NCBI GenBank assembly: GCA_050273025.1
Contig: CP158635.1
Coordinates: forward strand, 29,140,001-29,204,000
Direction: 5' to 3'
Origin: Cenococcum geophilum
Lineage: Eukaryota
DNA length: 64,000 nucleotides
Part shown: piece after piece, positions 1 through 12,330 of the stretch
How the letters are laid out: the number at the start of each line of letters is the position of its first letter
Numbering within the stretch: the stretch's first letter is position 1
Translations under genes and position numbers: made by a program
Notes under the pieces: model-generated
Told to the model about the DNA's origin: nothing
The model's input: only the letters and a program-made list of their open reading frames with translations
The model's database searches: none

Positions 1-1399
1 TAGGGCAGCAGCTTAGTTTAAAGATATACGAATAAGCTTAGGATAAGAATTCCTAACGGTATAAGATTCTTAAGATGAGATAAGTGAGATTTAAGACTCT
101 TAAGACGAGATAGGAACACTAAGTAAGCCTAGTTGGACTAAGGCTGGAGCTAAGCTTAAGATAGAAGTAAGCTTAGGATTAAAGAATCTGAGGGATTAAG
201 AATTTGGAGAATGAATTAGGACACCTATAAGTAAGAGGTAAGGAGTTTCTTTATAGATTAGAGAATCTGCAACGCAAATAGCAATTAGGCTAGGAGATAG
301 ATATATAGACTTAGAAGACTTACTAGGGGAACATAGTATTTAGCCTAAAGATTGAAAAGTTAATACTAAGATTAAGAAGTAAAGAGACTTTAAGGATCTA
401 CTTGTAAGACGCGACATAAAAAAAACTATAGAGGAATTTAGAGTAAGAATTACCTTATAGCAAGAGTAGAAACTAGATAAGAGATCTAGTATATTAGGAT
501 ATATAAGGGATAGAGCGCTAGTACGAAGAATTACTAATAGGTTTAGAGTAGGTATACTAAGAGCTAAGTGGCTTACTAAACTGGAATAAGAAGAGGATCT
601 AGGGATTCCTACTAGGTTTAAAGAACGATATACTAAAGGCTATTATAACGCAGTAATAAAGAGATATTTCCTTACGGATAAGCCGTATATACTTAAGCAG
701 CTGTACTAAAAGTAGTATAGACAACGATATAATAATAAGTGGGAAGATTTCTATATATGGTTAAACGAAAAAGTTGTCTAAGACCACCTGGTTATAGAGA
801 AGGCTATAACTTATATTAAGGGAGCCTTAATTATAACATTAAAGGATTTAGAGGAGTAATTAGAGGACTGGAGAAGTAAGAGACGTATCTTAGTACCTAT
901 AAATAAAGTCACAACGTTTAGACTAATACGAAAAAGGTTTGAACTTAAGGATAAGGATAAGCCGAGAGTTAACCTAAGACATTAAGTATATTATACACTA
1001 TTGTGGATAGTATATGTGGATAATGCGTGTAATATACATAGAGCACTAAAGGATAAAAATTGGAAGTATCTAATAAGAATGTATTAGATGACGGATGAGG
1101 CGAAGTATTAAAACGCTAAGTATATGCATAGTTAGCACCTAGTAGAAGTTTAAGAATAAGGGGACTTAATACTTTAACCAGGAAGATTTCTTACAGAAGA
1201 ATACCTAGATGGACGACAATGGTGGGAATGTCTAGAGAATACCTGTCTATGGTATATTAAAGATAAAAAACGAACTAAGTATTGGCCTAAGTTAGACTAA
1301 GTATAAATAGGATCTAGTAGCTAATAGTTGGGAAAAGTAGAGGCCTATAGGACCAGAGGGAACTAGTAGTAAAGCCTTAGACCCTTAAAGGAATTTAAG

Positions 1400-4300
1400 G
1401 ACAACACCTAAATTTACGAGTTAAATAGTAAGATTAATAGTTTAAGGCGCTAATAGATAGTGGAGCAATAAGGAACTATATCTCGCTAACAGCAGTTAAA
1501 AGAATGGGGTTACTATATAGGCAGAAGGAACATCTTTACCTATTAGTGATAATTTTAGGAGATTTAATAGCCTACGGAGGAGGTATTATTAATCTCAAAA
1601 TAGGACCTATTTAGCTAACCATTAAAGGAAGATAAATTGAGATGTCTTTTAATATATTACTATTAGGGAATAATAAGGCAGTATTAGAAATGCCTTAGTT
1701 ATAGGAATATAATCTAAAGATTAATTAGATTATAGGTTAGGTTAATATTAGAAATACTTAACGCCGTAAGATGTAATAATAAGCTAAGTTGGTATAGTAC
1801 TAAGTAGGAGCGACCTATAAGGAAATGGAAAAAGGGCTAAGCTATATACTAAAGAGATACTATAAGTATGGTAAGAAACTATAGTTACCTAAGAGTAAAA
1901 AGTTATTAAAGTATATAGTATGGGACTATAGAATAGAATTGGAACTAGGAATAAGTTTAAGGTTCTTTCCAATCTATAAGCTTACTAAAGAAGAAGGTAG
2001 AGTATTAAAAGAGTTTATCTAAGAAAACTTATAAAAGGGATATATTAGACCATTGTAATTATTAGCGGGTTATCCAGTACTATTTGTACCAAAAAAGAAT
2101 AGTAAACTAAGGCTATGTATTAACTACAGACAGTTAAATAGTATTACCAGAAAGGATAGGTATCTTTTACCCTTAATTAGCGAAATCTAAGACAGGATAG
2201 GTAATGCGTAAATCTTTACAAAGATAGATCTGAGATGGGCGTACTATTAGATCAGAATTAAGGAAGGCAATAAATAGAAGGCAGCCTTTAGATTAAAGGA
2301 AGGACTGTATAAACTATTAGTTATGTAATTTAGGCTTATAAACGCATTAGTAACGTTTTAGAAGCGTATTAATAATGTATTAAGAGAATACTTAGATGAA
2401 TTTGTTATGGTATACCTTAACAACATTATTATTTATTTAATAACTAAGGAAGAATACGGGGAATATATTAAATGGGTTTTAAGGAGACTATAGGAAGAAT
2501 AGATGCTAGTAGCAATTAAAAAATACGAGTTCTTTATAAGGAAGACCGATTTTATTAGATTTATTATTAAACTAGGCCAACTTAGTATAGATCTAAAGAA
2601 GATTGAGGCTATAGTAAATTAGTAAGAACTGGAGAATGTTACGCAGTTAAGATTGTTTTTAGGGTTTTATAATTACTATAGGAGGTTTATAGCGCAGTAG
2701 TTAAAAGATATTAAACTACTTACGCGATTAATAAAGAAAGAAGAACTATAGGTATGGGGAGAGGAATAGTAGAAACTCTTTAAGAAGATTAAAGAGTTGT
2801 TTACCTAGGAGCTAGTTCTTAAGATCTATTAACTAGGACTAGAGACGGTTGTAGAAATAAATATATTAAACTTTATACTAGGAGCATGTTTTATATAAAG
2901 GTATCTAGATAGATAGTATCTAGTAGTATATTACAGTCGAAAGATAATATTACTAGAGTTAAACTATAACATCTACAATAAGGAGTTATTAGGTATAGTT
3001 GCAGTACTAAAGGAATAAAGAGTATTCTTGCAAGGTATAGAGAAACTATTTATAGTTAAAACGGATTATAAGAACCTAATAGGATTTCTAACGATAAAGA
3101 AACTTAACTAAAGGCAGGTTAGATAGGCAGAGATGCTTATAGAATACTATTTTGAGATTTAGCATATTAAAGGTATAGAAAATGCACGAGTAGATGCTCT
3201 AAGTAGAAAGACTGAACTATAAAATAACAACAAGCCATTAGGGGCTTTACTGCGAAAAGATATAGATAGATTGATTAGGTATAATTATCCAAAGATTATA
3301 GTAACTTAAGAAAATGAGTTAGAAAAGGTCTACGAGATATTAGAAAGCTTTTAGGTATAAAGAATTCTAGAAGTATAGCTAGAAGATCTATAGTTAGATA
3401 TATACGAAAACTAAAAAGTAAAGTATATTCTAAGAAGTATAGCAGAGTAGTTTGTGGAGGACTTCTATAAGGGACTAACTTAAGGATATAACGAAGCTAT
3501 GGGCTTAGTATTAAGACTTTAGGAGGAGTATATTATTAACGGAATCTAGAGAATAGCTAGGAAGGTTACTAAGGAGTATTTAGATTGCTAGAGGAATAAA
3601 CTAATAAGGTATAAGCCGTACGGAGGGCTATAACCTATTAAAATACCAGAGAGACTATGGGAGGTTATATTATGGGACTTTATTATTAAGTTACTAAAGT
3701 TAAGAGATTCTATTACTGGATAAGATTATAACGTAATCTTAGTAATAGTAGATAAGCTTATAAAGTAGGGATACTTTATAGTATGCACGGAAGAAATCTT
3801 AGCAGAAGATATTACTAGAATCTATGTTAAAGAAGTGTTTGTAAGATATAGAGTACTAAGTAAAATTATATTGGATAGAGATCTAAGATTCATAGTAGCA
3901 TTTTAGGAGGTATTCTTGGCGGAATAAGGAGTTTAAGCAGTAACTTCTACCGTATATTATCCGTAGATAGACGGTTAAACGGAAAGATTAAACTAGACAC
4001 TAGAGTAGTATCTAAGGCATTACGTTAATTACGTATAGAATAATTGGGTATCGCTATTACCAGTTATATAGTTTGTATATAATACAATACTATAAAAAGG
4101 AATAGGTATATTACTATTTAAGGCGAATTATGGATATAAGCTAAGGATATTATTATTGCTACGTTAAGTAAAGAAAACGAGTAGCAGAGCTAAGTAAAGA
4201 ATGGAGACTTTAATAAATCTTTATATAAACCTTACGGAAACAGCTAAGGTAATATAGCAGAGAATGAAAAAATACTATAATGCTAGGAGATCTGAGGGAC

Positions 4301-4740
4301 CAGATCTTAAGGAGGGAGATAAAGTATGGCTACTATATAAAAATTTCAAAAGTTAATAACTAAGTAAGAAATTGGACCACGTCAGACTAAGACCTTTTAA
4401 AATTACATAAAGGATTTCACCGGTTACGTTTAAGTTGAACCTACCAGCCAAAATGAAGATCTACCCTATATAGTATATCGCGATGCTAGAGCTAGTATAT
4501 AGGAATGTTAAGCCACTGGTTTATAAAGTAGACACGTATAGAGGACAGGAAGAAGACAAATAGTAAGTTTTAAAGATTATTAATTATAAGGACATTAACA
4601 ATAAAATATAGTATAAGGTTAAGTGGATAGGCTACACTAAAACTACCTAGGAGCTACTAGAGAATTTAAAGAATGCTATAGGAAAGGTATAGGAGTATCG
4701 GAAAAAAACAGGTTAGGCAATATTAATAAGGAAGGAGTAT
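1400..4740 (+). pseudogene. pol: pol of Gypsy-A (protease, RT, RNase H, integrase, chromodomain), many RIP stops
   Basis: Motifs listed for Gypsy-A, read through TAA/TAG stops that replace Gln/Trp codons. Boundaries approximate. Confidence 0.9.
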
Positions 4741-5327
4741 TAAAAAATAAGTTACCTAAGGGGGACCTAGGAAGAGCGACTGCCGAACTACTTAGAGTTA
4801 TTCCCTTTACTACGGGAAGAGAGTTGGTTCTCTTATTACCTAATTCCTAAAGACCTTATTTTATAAGTTTCTACTCCTTAAAATAAACCTTCTTACAAAC
4901 CTTTTTAAGGCGAAGTAATTGGATAGATGCCGCGATATAAGTATCTAGGGCCTTCTGTTCCGTATTACGAGAACGTTCCAACTTAATAAGAGCTTAAGAT
5001 AGTTTACTATCTAGCCGCGTAGCAGTAGATTAAATATAAGACCCTAAGACAAATAAATTAGGGAACTAAACGACTATTAAGAGTAATAGGTCGCGCATAT
5101 TTAGTATTAGAGGTAGAGCGAACGTTATAAAACGAACGAATATTTACTTTAGTGCACTCTAAGTAAGAGGACGGTTATTGCGAAGAAGGACTCGCTAACG
5201 TAATATAGACTAACCCCTCTTTTAAACAATAAGAACACGGAGACGGTATAATCTTACTAAGAGATAATATCGCAGCAATAGTACGGGCACGACGCTAGGC
5301 GTATGAAGAAGAAATTGCTTTAGGTAT
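4700..5327 (-). pseudogene. Antisense two-exon accessory gene of Gypsy-A: Zn(II)2Cys6-patterned N-terminus plus coiled-coil-like region
   Basis: Minus strand from 5327 (ATA, likely ATG) reads PKAISSSYA*RRARTIAAILSLSKIIPSP-CSYC-LKEGLV-Y-ITLASPSSQ*PSS-Y-LE-C-TKVNIRSF-Y. Three Tyr codons are one RIP-type change from Cys, giving C-x2-C-x6-C-x13-C-x2-C-x8-C. A 55-nt intron at 5098-5044 (branch CTAAT, TTAG acceptor) restores the frame. 3' end approximate. Confidence 0.75.
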
Positions 5328-5435
5328 AATAAGTAACAATATTAACTAAATTAATTAGACGGATATTATACCTCTAGTAAACAACTTAGAGATGTTTTAA
5401 ATCTTTAAGGACGAAGATAAAGAGGAGGGAGATGG

Positions 5436-5861
5436 TGTTATGGACGCTTTAAGTATAATATTACGACTACTTAGAGAGGAGTTAGAAGAAGCTAGTTAGT
5501 TAATATAAGTATGGTCTAGAATGGAACCGGTAGAACTATGTAACGAGGAATGGTAACTAAGGTTATATAACATGCTATATATTAAACAAGAGGAATAAGA
5601 GGAACTTATGTACCTTATATATAAGACGTATATTACGTATAAGAAGGATTTTATAGGAGTATGGTTGTGTATTTAAGGACCTTTAATCCCTACCTAGATA
5701 GTTCCTTCCTTATAGTAATTCTTAGAATACAATTAAAGTTAATCTATTGGGCAACTACTCCACCAGTTGTTATTACGTTGTTGACTACTGTCTTTGTATT
5801 TCCTACACACCTAGCCCATTAACAGAACCCATTGTAGTTCCTACTATAAGGTTCCGTTACA
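5436..5861 (+). repeat. 3' LTR of Gypsy-A
   Basis: Starts TGTTATGGAC right after the purine tract and ends TTCCGTTACA. Its 3' part resembles the LTR fragment at 16774-16918. Confidence 0.75.
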
Positions 5862-8800
5862 CGCCTCCCTATAATATCTCCGCGACCTATTTAGTAGTTC
5901 TTTATAGGGTCTCTATTATAAAGGGGTTATTACCTATACTAGGCTTTATACTTATCTTACTATTAAATAGGGGTTAGATCTAATACTCCTTTAGGTATAA
6001 AGCGTATACTATTTCGCCTAGGGCTATATCCTCTAAAATATCCTTTAGGCTTATTAGTAATATACGCCCTTTTAATTCTTTATTATTTTACTATTTAAAG
6101 ACTTCTATCTTAAAGCGTATCTTAAAATCTACTTCTATAAGCTAAGGGTATCTAAAAATAAGGTTATAACCTATAAAGTTAGCTACTTAAAAGGATTATA
6201 GGCTAACTACCTAAGTGCGGTTATATATATTAACTACTATAGCTACTAGAAAGTGGCTAATGGAAGCAGAAGCTTTAGAAGGAGGTAACTCCTACTAGAC
6301 TTCTAGTAAATAGATAGTAGTGAGCAAAAGGATAGAAATAAACTATAAAATGTACAGGGGCAGGCGTTAGGATTCGTTTACCGTTTCTTTTACCGTTTTT
6401 CTACTGTTTTAATACTACCTAATAGTTGTTATAACTTAGTATTTTACTAGGGAGCGGTAAACCTCTAGTCTAGAGGTTTATAAACTACTAGGATATAGCT
6501 ACTAGTACATATTAAGCTGCCTAGAAAGGATTCATGTATATAGAACTATAGCGCCATAGCCCAGAGGCTGCATGCGCAGTATTGTACGTAGTACAATACA
6601 ATGGATATAAAAATAATTTTTTTTAACTACTAATACTATAAGCTTATAGGCACTATATAGTTTAATCTAATACTTATTTAAAAAGCCGATAATAGGTTTC
6701 CGCCACCTTTATAATAGAATAAGTTTATACTCTTTTACCAAATTATATTATATAAGATTAATTTCGGCGTCGCTATTATATAGTACTTAGAACTATTATA
6801 TCTCGCCTATAGGGAGTACTATTTCTAGATTGACAGTAATATAGAGAGTCTCTCCTTCCGTATCTTACCTTAGTTATAGTTAAAAGAGGTCTATAACTAG
6901 GGCTTTTCTTTTTTTTAAATTATTAATGCAGTTATTACCCTACTTATTTTTCTAATAGGATTTACCTCTAGAGTTTTCTCTTAACTTTTTAAAGTATTCT
7001 CGTAAAGGTGCTAGACGGATATTAGGTTGGCCCTAAAAGTCTTTCCCGTTACTTAAGGCCCCTAACTTTAACTATTTTAAAGTTCTCTTTAAGAACGGTT
7101 TCTTTAAAGGTTAGGTCTACCCTATATCACTCCTTAAATACCCGCGCTTTTAGTAACCCTTTAGCTTCCTACTAGAAGAGGTCTAGTTCCTTACCATATC
7201 CTTAGCGTTTAGATCCACTTGTTTAAAATCCATATATATAGTAATCCGCAGTAGGGCTCCTACGCGCTTTATTTTATTATAAATTACTAGCTTAATTCTA
7301 GCCTAAATAAATTTAATCTTCTCCTTTTTGTTAATACTGCTATTTTTATTTTTAAAGGGCTTTAGATTTATCTATTAAGCACAAGTTTCTATAAAGTTTA
7401 TAAACTAGCGGAAGTCCTAATCGTCTAGCTACGTACTATTCCAGAATTATTCTATATTATTATACTATATAATATACGGATCTTAGGTCTAACCCTTTAG
7501 GAAGGTCTATAACTATAGCTATATAGTAATTTACTCTTTATTAAGTTAATTAAGCGCAATCTAGTTTAGCGATTAGTCTTTAATCTTACTAATAATCCAG
7601 CGTATACGCTCTCTGGTATTATCTTATATTATTAGCATCTTAAAGAAGTTATCTACCTCGTAAACCCAATCGTCTAAATACTAGGCGTTAGGTCTATAAT
7701 AGAGTTCTAAACTACTAGAGGCCTTAGCTAGTTAGTTTATATTCTTTTTCTATTTATTATATAGGTACCTCTCTAAGTCTTATATACCTCCTTAAGTAGG
7801 TACTAAGTAACCACTAAAAAGCCTTTAGCCTTAACTAGGTTATAAAAAAATTTACCTAGCTTAAATTAAACCCTACTGGATATAGATTTGCCCTTAAAGG
7901 GTTCTAATATATTTATTAATAGCTTCCTCCCGTATAGCTTCTAAGAGCCTTATAATGGCTTCCTAATATCTATCTTAAAGGAGATTAGTATAGGGCTCTT
8001 AACCTTCTAAACTTAGGCCTAGGGAAGCTCCTACTATAGAGGTAGTATTAGCACTAGTAGCTAGTATGGATTTCCTAATAAGCCTTGGGTCTTAAGTTAG
8101 TATTTAGGTTTAGTTTCCTAAAAGGGTAGGCCCGCTTAGCTTATAAGCAGTCTATATACTACTACTATACTAATTATAGGCCAGTGGTCTTTTAGGAGAG
8201 TTCCGGTTAGGTCCCTAGTTAGATATATTAGTATAGTTCTCTAGCATTTCTAGCTTAGGGGAAGATCTTAAAATCGCCTCTAGTGCTTAATCTTCGTATT
8301 AGCCTAGGGAAAGCTAAAGGGGTTCTAGTTACTTTCTAGTAGCGTTATAATCGTTATAGAGGGTATCTATATTTTCCTTAGCGGTAACTATAAGTATATA
8401 AGAGTTTTTAAACTCCTAGAGCATCTAGGTATTAGGGCTTATTTAGCTGTTTTACCTAGAGGTTTATATTATCGCAATCTCTCGCTATTAAAAGGACCTT
8501 TCTACCTTAGCGCGACGGCTTTCTATATAGTGTCTATAGAGTTTCTATTTAGGTTATTACGAGATTTTAAGGGAGAATAGTAGTTATAAATAAAAGATAT
8601 AAATAAATAATCTAGTTCTTAAAACTGACTACCCTTCTAAAAAGGAGTAGGAAGGATTTAAATATAAGGGGACTTTATAGATAGGGGTTATAAGGACACG
8701 ATTATAGAATAGAATAAATTAGTAAGAGAGACAAATCCTTAAGGAGGTAAGGCCTCTAAAATTATAAAGACTATATATTACGGGCACGTGCCTCTAGTAC

Positions 8801-8866
8801 GTAACCGGCGACTATTAAAGGGGCGTCTGAGGGTTGTCCTAAGGGCAACCTAAGGTATCCGTAATA
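5862..8866 (-). mobile_element. Gypsy-C: 5' LTR, gag and protease, cut on the left by the Gypsy-A insertion
   Basis: LTR 8555-8866 has RIP-ed TG..CA ends (TATTACG..CGTAATA). Minus-strand protease NSDAEINLI (=DSGAEINLI) at ~6750-6780 continues as ANFIGYNLIFRYP*L (=YDLILGYPWL) at ~6140-6190, beyond the 6240-6622 insert. Confidence 0.8.
6240..6622. other. Unclassified ~383-bp insertion in the Gypsy-C protease
   Basis: Flanked by direct repeat TTAACTACTA (6230-6239 and 6623-6632). The host protease frame resumes across it. No terminal inverted repeat; contains two internal palindromes. Confidence 0.6.
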
Positions 8867-11800
8867 ATATCCCTTACAATAAGATACTTTTAGTATAGTA
8901 ACTTCTTTTATAATGCTTAGCTAAAACAGGTATATAGTTTCTATAGAATCTCCTATTAAACGACTTATAGCGTAACGTAGTTAGCTGTTAGGGGTAGGGT
9001 AGCAATTAATATTGCCGTTTAGCTTATTTTTAAGTTAGTTAAGAAAGGAGCGTAGTTTACTCCTTTTGCCTAAATAGGTAGGAGGATTAAGGAGATATAT
9101 AGTTAACTCTTTTATAGGGGCACTAGTTAGTAAATTTAGGGTTAAGGAGCTAGTTTTAGACACGTTCTCTTTACCTAGTATTTATAGGTTAATACTAGTA
9201 GGGGTAAGTAGGGGTAATAGCATAGCAGATGGTAGGTTTTGGTAGATCTCTTTAATTTCTTTTTTAGAGATTTAATTAACTTATAATATTAAGCTTTTTA
9301 ATAAGTAAAGGTATTTATAAAAGCCTATTATAGAGTCTCTATTTATTTAGTAAATATATTATATAGGTCTTTTATAAATATAGGGGCTTCTAGATTATTC
9401 TATATACTAGTTAGGGCGGTATGGGATATAGGTTTAATATAATATAGTATTACGGAGTAAGTATAAACGACGATAATATATAGCGGAGTAGATATTATTA
9501 AGCTAGATATATAAACTATATAATAAGATTAAGAAGTTATATAAGGAAAAAAAGGTAAGAAAATGGGAAGAAAGGGTATATATTATTAGCTTAGTTACTT
9601 AGTGTCACGGCACTGACTTGCCACATACTGTTCCATACTGTCTTGTACTATTTCCTACCATTAGCTGGCCCACCACTAGCGCCTCAGCGGCTGGCCCTAC
9701 TATTTATATACGATACCCCTTTTTACCTTCTTCTCCTCTTTATACCATAACGTAGTTATTTAGTCTACTTTATTGCAGCACTATAACAGTTTGTGGTATC
9801 TCTAATTGCGCCCTATTGCGATCCCTGCTCTTCCCAGTCTACTATCTCCGTTTTCCCAGTATAATCGCAACCTAGCGCGACTAATAACACCATACCATAG
9901 TCCTAGATAATCTCAGTACAATCCTAAATAATCTTAGTATTACAGCCAGCCTTATAGATTTTAATTGCTTTACCTAGACCCTTTGGAATAGGCGACTATA
10001 ATATAGATAATACCCCATCAGTAAATATACGCAAAGCACTCGCCTGCCTCTTTAATACCTCCTATAACTATATTGCCTAGGTAATTAGGAGTAGTCCGGA
10101 GTACCCTAAGAACCTTAACGTGGTAGAAACCTTCTAGTATTTCTCTATATATATAACCTTCTTAACTAGCGTTAAGAGCGGCCTCTAAGCCGTCTATAAT
10201 AAAGGTTAAACCATAAAGTTCTAACTTAAAGAAGCCTAGTATAGGATCAACTCCCTTACAACGCTTAAACTATATCTATAACAATACGAACAGCAAGCCT
10301 TAATATACACTACAACTATATAAAACCTAAGCTTTTAGATTACTACACTTACCTAGACCATCGCCGATAAGAATACAGCTGCTAGCTTCTATTCTCTTGC
10401 TAAGCCCTATAGGAAAAAGCGTAAAGTAAAAGATCTAACCCCGTTTAATAGTAAGGGATCACTAACTAAAAAGTAAGAAAAATTTAAAATATAGGAAATG
10501 AAGGTCTAAGGCGTTTTCTAGAGGGACGTAAAGTGCTTTAAAACCCTAATAGACAAAGTCCTCTATATGTTAGACATGCTGACAGATAAGGCTTATAACT
10601 ATGTTAAGTATAGCCTTAATACGCTACGTATACACCCAAGCGACCTAAGTAAATAGATCTTCTCTAACTAAGAGTCTATGCTTATATATATAAGGAAGCA
10701 CTATAAGACTCTAGATATAACCCAAGCAGCTAAAAATAAGTTGGATACCCTAAACTAGGGTAAGCGTAACTACTAGTCCTAAAAGGCAGAGCTTAATAAA
10801 TTAATAATTAAAGTAAATAAGACTAAGGAACAAAAAGTGGATTTACTTAAGAAGAACATTTCCTTAAAAATAAAGGACCTAGCTCTTACCCTTAGCCGCA
10901 AGATTAGCGATGCTAATTATATAGGATGGAGTAAGCAGATAAATATATTTGCTTATAACTTATAGAACCACGCTTACCATACTAAGCTAAATACCGCTAA
11001 ATTAAGCATTGCTGGCGGCTATTAACCTATATTACTGTAGAATGATCTAATAGACTTTAACGCCGCTAAATTTGGTAGCAGTAGCGGTAGCCTCCCTAAT
11101 AACGTCTAAAGATATTATATAGATAACAGACTCTATATAGCATATGGTTAACCTAGCTACTAGAAAGACGCTTATAACCCTAATAAGAACCTAAATCCCC
11201 TTCTAATGCTACGGCGCTAACCCCTTCCTAGCCGCGGCAGATTCTTTAATAGAGGGGATAATAACTAAGGCGGTAACTATAGATAGGGACGTAGGTCCGG
11301 ATATAGAGACCTACCTTTATAATTTCCTTCCCTAATATAGCCCTAGCCGATAGTCCCGTATATAAACTATGGATAAATACTCTATGCTAGTACTAACCGT
11401 AAGACCGGCTATATTCTTAGTAAAGTACCCCCTAGTATATATACACTATTAGAGACTGATATATTAGGATATACTAACTAAGACTATAGCCACTAGCTAA
11501 GCCCTATAATCTAGTTATTAAAAGGCTAACCTTTAGACTAAGTCGCCTCTAAGGGTTAAAACTATATAGGGAGGAGGATAAAAGGATTAGATTTATACTA
11601 CTAGATTAGTTAGACCTTATTCTAAGCTAGCTACTACTTAACCTTAAAATAGTAAATAATAACAGAAATGCTATCCTTATTTAGACCTACCTCTCCTTAC
11701 TACGCAACTTACTCCTAGAAGTTTTTATTAAAACAGTTAGCCTTATTAATAGTGGTAGTATAGCACTAGCGTTTGCAGACAAAGACTTGCTTATAAAAAA

Positions 11801-12261
11801 GCATAATATTATAATAAAAAGACTCCTAGCCCTAAAAACACTCCGCCTTACTAACGGACTCCCATCTAGCTTTATTACTTATTACTTTATAGCAAAAATA
11901 ATAATTAGCCACTATATAGAATCCATGCTTTTCTATATTATAAAGTTATTACCCTTAACACTAGTAATTCTTAGAATACCCTAGCTTAAAAAGCATAACC
12001 TAAGAATAAACTTCCCCGTCCTAGAGCTTAAGTTTAACTCTAATTACTATACCTATAACTGTCTCCTATAGCACATCCCTAACTATAACTAAGTAGTACT
12101 AAGCGGATGTATTATATAGCTAACGCTTAGATACCAACAGCTAATAGTAAAAGAAGTGCCTAATATTAGTAAACTAATATACGTAGTAAACGAAGCGGAG
12201 ATTCTAGAAGACTAGACCACTACCTTATCCCTAAGAAAATAACTTTCTATTAAGTCCTACT

Positions 12262-12330
12262 GTAACTATCTACTAAGTTCCACCGTAACTATCTACTAAG
12301 TTCCACCGTAACTATCTACTAAGTTCTACC
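12262..12330 (+). repeat. Three tandem copies of a 23-bp unit in the PR-RT spacer of Gypsy-B1
   Basis: GTAACTATCTACTAAGTTCCACC x3 (third copy has one substitution). Confidence 0.9.

Larger units (their letters stand above)
1..5861 (+). mobile_element. Gypsy-A: Ty3/Gypsy chromovirus, 5' end outside the window, RIP-inactivated
   Basis: Domain order gag-PR-RT-RH-IN-chromo. Protease IDSGA ~1453; RT VYLNN (=YLDD) ~2410; RNase H ETDAS-like ~2853; integrase YHPQTDGQTER-like ~3955; chromodomain YKVKWIGY ~4612. Purine tract 5421-5435 precedes the 3' LTR. Confidence 0.93.

Noticed and set aside
5862..6239. Separate DNA transposase or host gene fragment
   Set aside because: The minus strand reads as the continuation of the Gypsy-C protease region.
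9789..9802. Canonical tRNA-iMet primer site (TGGTATC)
   Set aside because: Only 7 nt match, offset from the LTR end and not continuing as AGAGC; not enough to name the primer.
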